Below, in pieces: positions 1 through 9,764 of a stretch of DNA of 64,000 nucleotides. This DNA is from Caldisericia bacterium (GTDB lineage: Bacteria > Caldisericota > Caldisericia > JAAYUI01), in NCBI GenBank assembly GCA_963674785.1, contig OY771555.1, forward strand, positions 640,001 through 704,000. Direction: 5' to 3'. Position 1 is the stretch's first letter; the number at the start of each line of letters is the position of its first letter. A program made the translations under genes and the position numbers. The notes below the pieces were generated by a model. It saw nothing but the letters and a program-made list of their open reading frames with translations. It ran no database searches and was not told the origin of the DNA.

Positions 1-1188
1 CTTCAAGAGTGTGATTTGCTTGGATGTTCAAGTCAATACCCAGTAAAATACAATCCTGAGAACAACTCTCTCCTTACTTTCGATAAATCCGATGGGTGTT
101 CAGGAGTAACTGACAGAGGCGGAATATACTTGTACGACTTGAGCGAATTCAAAACAGTTTACAGAAAAGCATTTGATTATCCACCATATGAGATTGCTGG
201 ATACAAACTCGAAGATGACAAAATAAAGATATACAAGATTAATTATACAGAAGATTATTGGAAATTTTTTTCAAAGGGTTATTACGGTGAGTTTGGAAAT
301 TATGAAAAATCAATGATTAAACCATGGTATTATGATGGGTTCTGGTTTCAGACAGAGATGATGTATGGAGAATTGACGGTTCATGATAAAAAATTAAATT
401 ATCATTTTGATATTAAATCATCAGGTTACAATGGTAAGTGGCTAATTAAAGATGGAAATGTGATACACCTGAACAAAGGGCATGACACGATTGAAAACGT
501 TACAATAAGCTCCTATGACCTATACACTGGAAATGAAAATTGGAACTTTACCTCATTCTCCGTAAAAGATATTTTGCTTCTTGAGGATTCGATTCTTGCA
601 CTAGTATTGAATAAAGAAAGTGGCGGATTTGATTTTCTTGAAATTGATTATGAAACAGGAACATCTAAAGTCACCTACAAGAATGCATTTTTCAAAAACC
701 CAGAAAGAGAGTTTTTCTGGAAATATTACTACAAAAACAAAGGATTTGAAGTATTTGATGACAAAATAATAGTTGATGACAGGATTTGTTATGCAGAAAA
801 ATCAAAATATCCAGGAGTAATAATTCCCGATCAAGCGGTGGTTTTTTCAGTGGTCGACATTCCTGACACAGAGGACGAAGGCGGATGGGCATCATTTGAA
901 CTCTCTGGTTATCTGGAGGAAGACACCTTCACAATTTTGAACAATACCAAGGAAACCAAAACCTTTGAGATAAGTAACATTGATGAGAGATTGGAGATTT
1001 CAGCAGTAAGTTTCACACTTGATCCGGATGAAACAAAAGAAATCGTGGTAAAACAAACGGCACTTGAGCACGGGAAATCACCTAACATTCAGATTACCGA
1101 TATGAAAGATTTGGTAATAACATGGGATGATGGTGAAAAAATTCTGCCTGTAAGATTCCCCGAAGCACCATATAACCCTGGGGATTGA
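1..1188 (+). CDS. Surface (lipo)protein, array A member 1, 5'-truncated by window edge; propeller-like core plus C-terminal Ig-like domain
   Basis: Frame is open from base 1. C-terminus (FTILNNTKETKTFEISNIDERLE...WDDGEKILPVRF..APYN.GD) is clearly paralogous to the next two ORFs. Confidence 0.8.
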   Translation, partial: LQECDLLGCSSQYPVKYNPENNSLLTFDKSDGCSGVTDRGGIYLYDLSEFKTVYRKAFDYPPYEIAGYKLEDDKIKIYKINYTEDYWKFFSKGYYGEFGNYEKSMIKPWYYDGFWFQTEMMYGELTVHDKKLNYHFDIKSSGYNGKWLIKDGNVIHLNKGHDTIENVTISSYDLYTGNENWNFTSFSVKDILLLEDSILALVLNKESGGFDFLEIDYETGTSKVTYKNAFFKNPEREFFWKYYYKNKGFEVFDDKIIVDDRICYAEKSKYPGVIIPDQAVVFSVVDIPDTEDEGGWASFELSGYLEEDTFTILNNTKETKTFEISNIDERLEISAVSFTLDPDETKEIVVKQTALEHGKSPNIQITDMKDLVITWDDGEKILPVRFPEAPYNPGD

Positions 1189-1206
1189 CAAAAAAGGAGG
1201 AGGTAT

Positions 1207-3069
1207 ATGAAGAAATTGAATCTATTATTGGTTGGGATGTTGGTAGCTGTACTTGTATTTGGTGGGTGTGGTGGAAAATCACAAGAGAATCCAGGTGCAA
1301 CAGTCACCAACGAAAACCTTGAAAAAAATGTTGAAGCTTTGCCAAAGGAAGATCCAGAAAAGATAACCACAACCGAGGCAAATGAGAACAATAGAAAATT
1401 TGAAAAAATCGCCATAAAAGATTTTGAAATAAGCGTTGGCCAAGATACAGAAATCGAAAACCCCGCACTTTTTCACGAACTTGCAAGCAAGTATGAAGAA
1501 ATAAAAATAGAAGACCTGCCAGAAATTGAAATAATAGAAATCCCATCGTTGATTGCATTTCAAGTAAAAGACTCGAAGAAACACAAAATTTCAGGGGAAC
1601 TTATAAAATTGTGGAAAACAAACACTTTATTTTATCATGGAGAAAGCAAAGTTGATGAAATATTCCAATATAACGGAGAAACATATTTCTACTGGCATAT
1701 ATATTTTCTAGGAGAAGGCGGAAGAGAAAATCATATCGGAAAAATGAATATTGAAAACGGTGACCGTGAAAACTTCTACACCTTCAAAGAGCCAGCATTT
1801 TTCAACACAGAGGATACACATGACTATCCTTCTGACTACAATATTCCACGATGGTCAGTAATTTATGACTACCCCTATAAATACGAAGGAGCATCAATAG
1901 ATAAGCATAATGATTCAAGTCAGACTTATGAAGACCACGGCTATTTGGGTTTCAATTTTGATTTTAACTACATATTACACTTTAATCCAAAAAACGGACT
2001 ATTGATTATGACAAATGAGTATGAAAAAGGGATTTATATTTATGACATAAAAACATTCAAACTGATAAGAAATATCAAACTTGAATATGAAGATTATGAA
2101 ATACACAAGGTTGAGTTTGAGGACAATAGACTGAAGGTATACTTAATCAAATACCCAGAAAATCACTGGAAAATGTTTACGAAATCAGATAAATCAATTC
2201 TTGAAAGCAAAAAAACAAAATGGCACACTGAAAGGTATAAAGATTACTGGGTAGTTCGTGACTCACATGATAGCCCTGAATTCCGTATTTATGATAAAAA
2301 CTATAATTTTTTACACAAACTTCAAACCGGGGATAGCGTATATAAATACTTTTACACCAACGGGAATCTTGTGGTGATGGCACCATATTGGAGAAATCAG
2401 GTCCAGTTATTTGATATAAGCACGGGGGAACTAATGTGGGATCCGGTAGATGTATATGATATTGCCATACTTGAAGATTCAATTCTTGCGTTATCAGGCA
2501 ACGAGGATGAGTATCTCGACTTAATAAAGATTGATTATGAAACAGGGAAAACCGAAATGCTTTACGAAGATATATACTATACCAGATACAGCCAGTGTGA
2601 TCCAAAAGCAATAGATATAATCGATGGAAAAATAATACTGGATAACGATCAGTGTTTTGTAGAAAAATCAAAATATAAGCAGGTAATCATACCAGAAAAC
2701 AATCTACTTCTTGTAAGTGTTAATCCACCCACAACAGAGGATGAATACGGGTGGATAACATATGGAAAATCAGGATATGTTGAAGAGGTGTCTTTTTCAA
2801 TATTCAATAACTCGCAAAATACAAAAAGTTTTGAAATTACAAATATCGATGAAAGATTAGAGGCATCGGAAACAGAATTCACAATTGAACCCAACGAAAC
2901 AAAAGAAATTAGAATAAAGCAGAACATAATTAAACGGGGAGACCCAGTAAATGTCAATCCAGGTGACAGGTTGGTCGATGATCTAGAGTCAATTGTTATT
3001 TCATGGGAAGATGGTGAAAAGGTTATACCAGTGAAATTTGCGGTTGCCCCATATAACGGCGGGGATTGA
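1207..3069 (+). CDS. Lipoprotein, array A member 2 (620 aa)
   Basis: AGGAGG RBS; signal peptide with lipobox VFGG-C; PQQ-like D/G-x-x-x-W repeats; shared C-terminal Ig-like domain. Confidence 0.85.
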   Translation: MKKLNLLLVGMLVAVLVFGGCGGKSQENPGATVTNENLEKNVEALPKEDPEKITTTEANENNRKFEKIAIKDFEISVGQDTEIENPALFHELASKYEEIKIEDLPEIEIIEIPSLIAFQVKDSKKHKISGELIKLWKTNTLFYHGESKVDEIFQYNGETYFYWHIYFLGEGGRENHIGKMNIENGDRENFYTFKEPAFFNTEDTHDYPSDYNIPRWSVIYDYPYKYEGASIDKHNDSSQTYEDHGYLGFNFDFNYILHFNPKNGLLIMTNEYEKGIYIYDIKTFKLIRNIKLEYEDYEIHKVEFEDNRLKVYLIKYPENHWKMFTKSDKSILESKKTKWHTERYKDYWVVRDSHDSPEFRIYDKNYNFLHKLQTGDSVYKYFYTNGNLVVMAPYWRNQVQLFDISTGELMWDPVDVYDIAILEDSILALSGNEDEYLDLIKIDYETGKTEMLYEDIYYTRYSQCDPKAIDIIDGKIILDNDQCFVEKSKYKQVIIPENNLLLVSVNPPTTEDEYGWITYGKSGYVEEVSFSIFNNSQNTKSFEITNIDERLEASETEFTIEPNETKEIRIKQNIIKRGDPVNVNPGDRLVDDLESIVISWEDGEKVIPVKFAVAPYNGGD

Positions 3070-3087
3070 TAAAAAAGGAGGAGAAAA

Positions 3088-4944
3088 ATGAAGAAAATGA
3101 ATCTATTGTTGGTTGGGATGTTGGTGGTCATAATTATCTTTGGAGGATGTAAGCATGAAGACGTTATTAAAACATCGGCAGAACCTAAATCCATAGAAGA
3201 AATAAAAATTACCGACGTTATACCTGAGGCCGATGCGAATGCATATTCTCATGAAGAAGACTTTGAGAGGAGAAGAAAAGAATTTTTCAAGATTATTGAA
3301 GATGCAAAAAATAACTTCGAGAATATCGATTTAGAGAATCTACCTGAGGTCAAAACCCAATATATTACAATCGAAGAGGTTCTCACATCTGAGAGCAAGG
3401 CAAATCAACCAGACATCAATGGAGATCTGATCAATATTTGGAATCTCACAATTGAATCCTGTGGTTTCGATTTGTTCAACAAAAGGGGTGGTCTGATTTA
3501 TCAAAATAAAGATTTGTATTATTACCATAACCGCCATGTCTTTCCGCCAACTGAAAAAATTGAGAAAATTGATGATGCTACAGGAATGATTGAATGTGAT
3601 TTTATTCCTGATGATTATGATTTTGTCATGACACCAACCAAGGAAACTATCCTACATTTCCCATTTTCCATTCGTTACTTTGGAAAAAGGGAAATCTACC
3701 GCCCCCTTCTGTATTCATTTTTCTCACTCGAAGAACTTTCAAATTTAAGGGAGAAAGATCCAGAATTACCTGATCTAATCGAATCAAGGGGGTTATATAA
3801 TAAAAGAGGAAATGAAATTAAACTATCAAGTTTTATTGACTACAACCCAAAAAATGGATTATTGATATCTTTTAATGAACACTATAACAAGATTCTTTTC
3901 GTTTCATTTAAGGAAATGAAGATTCTTAAAACCATCGAATTCGATACGGAAGAATTTTACAATGCAGAGTACAGAGATTCAACGCTGTATCTCAACTATA
4001 TTTCAAGAGATAATGCACTATTCAACTATTATTTTGAGAATGCCAGTGAACGAACTCTTGAAGATTGTTTGAGTCGAGTGAAAACCTATTTTTATTTTTT
4101 TGATGGCATATGGGTCTACAAAGAAGATGGTATGAAAGCGATGGACTCAAATTTTAATAGTATTTGGGAAGACCTAAACCTTAATCAGGACTCAAGTATC
4201 TCAACAGCAATCAATCCAATATTCTTTGAGGATTCCTGCTATTGTGTAATAAAAGAGGATGGTATATCTTACTTTTCTTCATTTGACTTAAAAACCGGCA
4301 CAGAAAAATGGAGATTGGAGATTGAATTGCCAATGGATTTGATCTTTTTAAAAAACCACATTCTTATGCTTGTAAAAAAAGACAGTGATTTCCACGATCT
4401 AATTTATATCGATTATGAATCTGGGGATACAAAAGTTGCTTGCACCGATTTTTATCCCTTGAGGCAAGGAATTGGTTCAATTGGTGACTCAATTTTTATT
4501 GGTGGATATCACCGCTTTATTGAATCCTCCAAATTCGAAGGTGTGAATGTTGCAGAAAGATACGTTTATATAAAATGGCTCGACGAAATACCTATCTATT
4601 ACGATTTTGAGGAAAAGGTTGACTACGAAGTCGAGTATTGGGATTATTCCGATAAATCATCAATCAATATCAGCAACAACACAGACTCTGAAAAAACATT
4701 CAAAGTTTCTTCAAATCATAATAGCTTCACCGTTTCTGATTCACAATTCACTCTTCAACCCGGGGAAAGAAGGACTATTCTTGTAACACAGACATTGAGA
4801 AGACACGGTGAGAGAGTGCATGAAAATCCATTCCTAGGAAATTATGATCTCGATGGGTCAGAATCAATCACCGTCAAATGGGATGACGGGGAAAAAACGC
4901 TTCCTATTAGATTTGGATATATACCCTACCCGACGGAAATATAA
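3088..4944 (+). CDS. Lipoprotein, array A member 3 (618 aa)
   Basis: AGGAGG RBS; lipobox IFGG-C; SFDLKTGTEKW propeller motif; shared C-terminal domain (WDDGEKTLPIRF). Confidence 0.85.
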   Translation: MKKMNLLLVGMLVVIIIFGGCKHEDVIKTSAEPKSIEEIKITDVIPEADANAYSHEEDFERRRKEFFKIIEDAKNNFENIDLENLPEVKTQYITIEEVLTSESKANQPDINGDLINIWNLTIESCGFDLFNKRGGLIYQNKDLYYYHNRHVFPPTEKIEKIDDATGMIECDFIPDDYDFVMTPTKETILHFPFSIRYFGKREIYRPLLYSFFSLEELSNLREKDPELPDLIESRGLYNKRGNEIKLSSFIDYNPKNGLLISFNEHYNKILFVSFKEMKILKTIEFDTEEFYNAEYRDSTLYLNYISRDNALFNYYFENASERTLEDCLSRVKTYFYFFDGIWVYKEDGMKAMDSNFNSIWEDLNLNQDSSISTAINPIFFEDSCYCVIKEDGISYFSSFDLKTGTEKWRLEIELPMDLIFLKNHILMLVKKDSDFHDLIYIDYESGDTKVACTDFYPLRQGIGSIGDSIFIGGYHRFIESSKFEGVNVAERYVYIKWLDEIPIYYDFEEKVDYEVEYWDYSDKSSINISNNTDSEKTFKVSSNHNSFTVSDSQFTLQPGERRTILVTQTLRRHGERVHENPFLGNYDLDGSESITVKWDDGEKTLPIRFGYIPYPTEI

Positions 4945-4945
4945 C

Positions 4946-4993
4946 CTACCCGATAACCTCAACGTTCCACTGTTCATCGCCACCCACAACCTA
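4946..4993 (-). repeat. Divergent copy of the 3' end of the 6004-6306 gene
   Basis: ctacccgataacctcaacgttccactgttcatcgccacc vs ctatccgataacctcaaccttccacttttcatcctcacc at 6004. It encodes GGDEQWNVEVIG* vs GEDEKWKVEVIG*. Confidence 0.8.
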
Positions 4994-4996
4994 TGA

Positions 4997-6004
4997 TTAT
5001 TCTTTCAATTTCTTCAGGTACTTTGCGGTAGACTTATCAAAATCGGAAATATAGTTTCGATCCTGAAGGATTTTGAACTTCTCATATTCACCTTCAGCAA
5101 GGGCTTTTGCAACTTTTTTCTGAACAATTCCAAAGTTTTTTAACACATCAATTGTGTTAAATTCGAGGAAACTATCTAGTTTTGTAACCCAATCAGACAT
5201 GTTCATGATAACATTGTTTTCTGCTTGAAGCTCAGCAAAATCCAAAAACATTGTCACAATCCGATTTAGTTTTCGAAGCTCTTCGGGAGATAAATAGTTC
5301 TTTGATACAGAAACATCTGATTTTAAAATCTTACCACCTGGCGAGTTTTTCCAAGTATAAAGCCCCATGTTTGGAATCTTGGAATTAGCTCTATCTTTGA
5401 TAATTTCAGTAGATGTTTTACCGGTTATTCCATACAAAAATTTATTTTGAACATGGGCAAAGAATTTCTTTGTTATATCGAGTTTAGGGTCATAATCTGC
5501 AGAAAGTGCATAAATGTCAGTAATCTTTTGATAAAACCTTCTTTCGCTTGCTCGAATATCTCGAATCTTTTCGAGTAAATCATCGAAATAGTCTTTGCCA
5601 AAATGCCGGCCATTCTTGAGTCTGTTTTCGTCTATCACAAAACCTTTGATAATAAATTCGCGGAGCTTTTCAGTTGCCCAGATACGAAACTGAGTTGCTT
5701 TCAATGAATTGACCCTATAACCGACAGAAATAATTGCATCAAGATTGTAATACGTTGTTTTGTAGGTTCTACCATTCTCTCCGATATGTTCCAAAATGGA
5801 ACATATCGTTTGTTCATTTAATTCACCTTCATTAATGATGTTGGTTAGATGTTTGGTAATTGCAGGTCTTTGAACACCAAACAGGTCAGCCATCATCTTC
5901 TGAGTCATCCAAATCGATTCATCCTCAAACCGGACATCAACCTCAACATCACCAGCAGGTGAAGTATAAAGAATAAGTCTTCCGATATTATCGGAATCAG
6001 ACAC
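4997..6004 (-). CDS. rhuM: RhuM-family (Virulence_RhuM) DNA-binding protein
   Basis: Motifs ESIWMTQKMMADLF, YNLDAIISVGYRVNS..ATQFRIWAT, IRDIRASERRFYQKITDIYA, KNYL..EEL. GTG start overlaps the upstream stop. Confidence 0.9.
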   Translation of the reverse strand: MSDSDNIGRLILYTSPAGDVEVDVRFEDESIWMTQKMMADLFGVQRPAITKHLTNIINEGELNEQTICSILEHIGENGRTYKTTYYNLDAIISVGYRVNSLKATQFRIWATEKLREFIIKGFVIDENRLKNGRHFGKDYFDDLLEKIRDIRASERRFYQKITDIYALSADYDPKLDITKKFFAHVQNKFLYGITGKTSTEIIKDRANSKIPNMGLYTWKNSPGGKILKSDVSVSKNYLSPEELRKLNRIVTMFLDFAELQAENNVIMNMSDWVTKLDSFLEFNTIDVLKNFGIVQKKVAKALAEGEYEKFKILQDRNYISDFDKSTAKYLKKLKE

Positions 6005-6306
6005 TATCCGATAACCTCAACCTTCCACTTTTCATCCTCACCTTCAAACTTGAGTGTTTTTCTGTAGTGAAAGATATCTGGAACAGAATCCTCAAACTTG
6101 ATCATAAACATATATGTTTTTGTCTTGTTGTTCCTGCTACCCATTGATTTGTCTTCGTCGCGGTAGAGGAATGCTTTAAATTTCTCTTCGCCAAAGGCCA
6201 GTTCGAATCCACCTCTTGCTGGGAACCAGTTTTCACGTCCTCTTGGAAGAAGGATATATTTAAATTTTACTTCCTCACCCGATAATTTTTTTTCAAAATC
6301 TGCCAT
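6004..6306 (-). CDS. Hypothetical 100-aa protein, possible B3/EcoRII-N pseudobarrel DNA-binding fold
   Basis: GGAGG RBS; N-terminus FEKKLSGEEVKFKYILLP...WFP resembles the B3/EcoRII-N F.K.LT.SD....L.IP...FP pattern. Confidence 0.65.
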   Translation of the reverse strand: MADFEKKLSGEEVKFKYILLPRGRENWFPARGGFELAFGEEKFKAFLYRDEDKSMGSRNNKTKTYMFMIKFEDSVPDIFHYRKTLKFEGEDEKWKVEVIG

Positions 6307-6460
6307 AATTGCCTCCTTTATTGAATATACTACTCAGTCTACGTCGTGCCAGACATAATCTGGTGTCCAGGATTATTTGCTATTCAGGAATCTTCTATTC
6401 AACAATTTTTGACACGTATCAAAAATCTCTCCTGACAAAAACAAAACGCTCTTCTCTACC

Positions 6461-6533
6461 CTGGACCCCGTGTCAAGCACGGGATGACGAGGGAGACAAG
6501 CATCCCCTGGATTCCAGCCTTCGCTGGAATGAC
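6461..6533. repeat. Pair of REP-like palindromes (GTCAT(T/C)CC..GGA type)
   Basis: ggaccccgtgtcaagcacgggatgac and ggattccagccttcgctggaatgac hairpins; relatives occur at 32535-32669, 36148, 38279, 41959 and 57889. Confidence 0.7.
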
Positions 6534-6618
6534 AGAAACAAAGTCACTATTTATAAACCAATTGTTGTAGATATTATAGCAGTTGAAAATAGTTTTGTGA
6601 AGTCTTACCCTAAGCCCT

Positions 6619-7341
6619 GTGGGTTACTTCAAATCAACTGGAATTATTTTTGATACAAAACAGACCGGTGAACACGATAAATATCTGGAATTAATCCTTG
6701 AAGACGGGCGAAGGATTTCTGCAAAAATAAGGAAAGCCAGGCATACAAAATCAAAGTGGGGAGCATCGACAGAACCCGTAACTGTAGCAAAATTTGAGCT
6801 TTATGAAAAACAGCACAGATTCACAGTAACAGGAATCTCATCTCAAGAGCAGCTCCTTACAATCTCAAACAGTTTTGAGAAGGCAATTGCATCAAAATAT
6901 GTTGCAGAGATGATAACTGGCACAACCCCATACGACATTTCAGAAACTGGAACATTTGAAATCACTCTCGATGTTTTCAAAAAAATCAATGAATCAAAAA
7001 ACGTGTTGGTTACAGTTAATGAATTCCTTGCAGAGATAATAAACTCAGCAGGATACCCAATTGAAACAAGGTATTGTCTTGTTTGCGGAGAGGAAATAAA
7101 AGGTGATTGCAAGTTCTCAATTACTGAATGCTCGACAATCTGCGAGAACTGTTCAACAATCAACCAGGTGAAATTCCCAGGGTTTGCACGGGAAGGACTT
7201 TCAAAAATATGTGGTTGTGAAGGGGACAATTCCGGCATGGATAAAAAACTTCTTCTTGGTCTTCACGAGCTTCTTGAGAGAATCATCTATACACATTTCA
7301 ACTTCAAACCAAGAACTTCTTTACACCTGCGTAGTTTGTAA
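6619..7341 (+). CDS. recO: DNA repair protein RecO
   Basis: N-terminal OB fold (GIIF..KQTGEHDKYL.L...G.I.AK.R.AR..KSK.G...EP) and Zn finger CLVCG...C..C..C. Confidence 0.88.
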   Translation: MGYFKSTGIIFDTKQTGEHDKYLELILEDGRRISAKIRKARHTKSKWGASTEPVTVAKFELYEKQHRFTVTGISSQEQLLTISNSFEKAIASKYVAEMITGTTPYDISETGTFEITLDVFKKINESKNVLVTVNEFLAEIINSAGYPIETRYCLVCGEEIKGDCKFSITECSTICENCSTINQVKFPGFAREGLSKICGCEGDNSGMDKKLLLGLHELLERIIYTHFNFKPRTSLHLRSL

Positions 7342-7359
7342 ATAGAATAGTAGGTCTGT

Positions 7360-8187
7360 ATGCTAAATAAACTTATTCTCTCGGTAAATAAGCTATTCAT
7401 GAGGGGTGGATATGTTCACCCGCTCACACTAGAAAAAGAGAGTCCAGGCTCATATGCCAAATGGGAATATGATATTGCCAAAAAAACATTTGCATACTTT
7501 CCAGAAAATTTCCTAAAACCAGAAAACTTCAAAGGTAAAAAAATCCTTGATCTCTGCTGCGGTGCAGGTGGAAAATCAATTCTTCTTTCAGAGCTTGGTG
7601 CAGCTGAGGTTGTTGGTATTGATATAGACGAGCAGTTCATCGACATGGCAAACAAACATGTAAAATCAAAGGGATTTGCAAACTGCAGGTTTGAGGTGGG
7701 TGACGCAAGAAACCTCAAATACGCAGATGACACCTTTGATTATGTTTTCTCGTTTGACGCTCTTGAACATGTCAGCCCACCTGATGAGATGGTGGCAAGT
7801 GCAAAAAGGGTTTTAAAACCAAGTGGAAAGCTGATCATGTCATTCACAAATTGGGAACGTCATGATGGTCATCATATGACAGATGCTATCAGATTCCCCT
7901 GGGTACACTTGCTTGTATCTGAAAAAAGGCTTCTTTCAATATATCGAGGGCTTGTAAATGACCAGATGTATCTGCTTCGAGCAGGGTCACTTGATTCAAC
8001 AAAAATTGGTTATGTAAACAAGCTCAGATTAAAACAAGCAAGAAAGATAATTAATAGTTCGGGAATGAAAAAAATACATTACAAGGAAATCACCTATGGA
8101 GGAATGCTTGGAATAATCGCAAAAATTCCAGGTCTTTCGAAATATTTCACACGTGTAATAACAACAATTCTGGAGGATACGAAATGA
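7360..8187 (+). CDS. Class I SAM-dependent methyltransferase
   Basis: ILDLCCGAGG motif I, VVGIDID, GDARNL.YADDTFD, ALEHV, RVLKPSG. Confidence 0.9.
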   Translation: MLNKLILSVNKLFMRGGYVHPLTLEKESPGSYAKWEYDIAKKTFAYFPENFLKPENFKGKKILDLCCGAGGKSILLSELGAAEVVGIDIDEQFIDMANKHVKSKGFANCRFEVGDARNLKYADDTFDYVFSFDALEHVSPPDEMVASAKRVLKPSGKLIMSFTNWERHDGHHMTDAIRFPWVHLLVSEKRLLSIYRGLVNDQMYLLRAGSLDSTKIGYVNKLRLKQARKIINSSGMKKIHYKEITYGGMLGIIAKIPGLSKYFTRVITTILEDTK

Positions 8188-8930
8188 AGAGAAAAGATCG
8201 CGACATGATCAAGGGGATGAAATCATCAATCAGCGAAAAAGACGCTGAAAGAATCAAGGCAGCAAAACGCACAAAGGATAAGGAAAGAAAAAAAGCAGCA
8301 AGAAAAAGAAATCTGATTGTTGTTGCTGGAGTCATTGTAGTCGCAATTATAGCAATCAGTGTTGTGATTCTTGTTAACAGAGCTCCATCATCAGATACAA
8401 TCCCTGAACCAGACCAAACAGAGACTGCAGCAAATACAGCTGTCCTTGAAACCAGCAAGGGAACAATCCAGATTCAGCTCATGCCAGAGGCAGCACCAGC
8501 AACCGTTGCAAACTTCAAAGAAATAGCAGAAGCAGGACATTACATAAACTCTTTCTTCCACAGAATAATAAAAGACACAAGCATGGAATGCGCAATCAAT
8601 CCAGATTCTCAGAATAGACCAGGATTTGATGACGTTATGCCAATCGAGTTAAGTTCAGCAGGAGCAGGCACCTACACACTCTCAACAGTTCTTCAGCCCG
8701 GAGCAGATGGCATGATGAAACAGTGCTTCTTTAAAATAAATAAAGGCATGCCGGATGATAATGGAACAGTTTTTGGAAAAGTAGTTTCTGGACAGGAGAT
8801 TGTTGATGAGATGCTTGCCATCCCAACAATTAAACATGTCGAAGATAATAACTATGATGTTGATCCAGCTGAGGTCACATATCCAGAAAACCCAGATGAT
8901 GTAAGGATATTCAATATCAGCTTCCAATAA
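8184..8930 (+). CDS. Membrane-anchored cyclophilin-type peptidyl-prolyl isomerase (divergent active site)
   Basis: LETSKGTIQIQL..EAAPATVANF, FHRIIKD, TVFGKVVSGQEIVD; basic N-terminus plus one TM helix. Confidence 0.8.
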   Translation: MKRKDRDMIKGMKSSISEKDAERIKAAKRTKDKERKKAARKRNLIVVAGVIVVAIIAISVVILVNRAPSSDTIPEPDQTETAANTAVLETSKGTIQIQLMPEAAPATVANFKEIAEAGHYINSFFHRIIKDTSMECAINPDSQNRPGFDDVMPIELSSAGAGTYTLSTVLQPGADGMMKQCFFKINKGMPDDNGTVFGKVVSGQEIVDEMLAIPTIKHVEDNNYDVDPAEVTYPENPDDVRIFNISFQ

Positions 8931-8958
8931 TCCAAATTCATAAAAAAGTGTTATTCAC

Positions 8959-8987
8959 AAAACCCCCTGAAAAAATCAGGGGGTTTT
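8959..8987. terminator. Bidirectional intrinsic terminator
   Basis: aaaaccccctga-aaaaa-tcagggggtttt between convergent genes. Confidence 0.85.
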
Positions 8988-9026
8988 ATATTGATAAATA
9001 TTCATTCGAAAATCAATAGGAGACTT

Positions 9027-9764
9027 TTAGATTATCCATCTCTTTTTGATATTAACCAAGCTGAGATAAAAAAGAACAAGACAAAAACCGATAAGCACTA
9101 AAAGGTCAACATAAAGAGGCATTGTATACGTTCCCTCAATCGCACCATGAAGCATATCAGAGCCATACGTGAGTGGAAAAATATATGAAAGTGGTCTTAT
9201 GAAAATCGGCAGGTTGGAGATTGGGAAAAAGAGTCCGCATAAAAAAATCATTGGGAATCGGAAAAAGTTTGAGAATGTCTGTGCTTCAAAAACTTCACTT
9301 ACACCAACAGCGATAAAAAGTCCCAGGAAAGTGGAAGCAATTGAGATCAGGACAATTGCAAAAAACAAAACTAACCAGGAAATACCGGAAAGGTCGACGA
9401 AAAATGCAGCCATAATAAGAGGCACCAAAGCGTTAAAGATTCCGAAAAGAATAGCTCCACTTGTCTTGGCAATCATTAAAACCTCAAGCGAAATCGGTGC
9501 AAGAAGAAGCCTTTCAAAAGTACGATTCTTTTTTTCAAAGGTAACCGCAACAGCAAGAAGAGATGTCGTTCCAAACATTATTGAAATCGCAATAACTCCT
9601 GGAAGAATAGATATCAGACTCTCAAATCCGCTTCCAGATTTGATAAAAAACATTCCAGACCACGCAAAAGGAAAGATTATCCCCCAGCTGATGTTTGGTG
9701 GTTTAAGATAATAGGTTTTTACATCCTTTGAAAGGATGCCCAAGAAAGCGATAAAAGTGTTCAT
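9027..9764 (-). CDS. ABC-2 type exporter permease
   Basis: About six TM segments; EKKNRTFERLLLAPIS and FLCGLFFPI..LP...PLTY motifs. Confidence 0.9.
   Translation of the reverse strand: MNTFIAFLGILSKDVKTYYLKPPNISWGIIFPFAWSGMFFIKSGSGFESLISILPGVIAISIMFGTTSLLAVAVTFEKKNRTFERLLLAPISLEVLMIAKTSGAILFGIFNALVPLIMAAFFVDLSGISWLVLFFAIVLISIASTFLGLFIAVGVSEVFEAQTFSNFFRFPMIFLCGLFFPISNLPIFIRPLSYIFPLTYGSDMLHGAIEGTYTMPLYVDLLVLIGFCLVLFYLSLVNIKKRWII

Noticed and set aside
6309-6653. 114-aa ORF upstream of recO
   Set aside because: It runs through REP palindromes and has a TTG start with no RBS.
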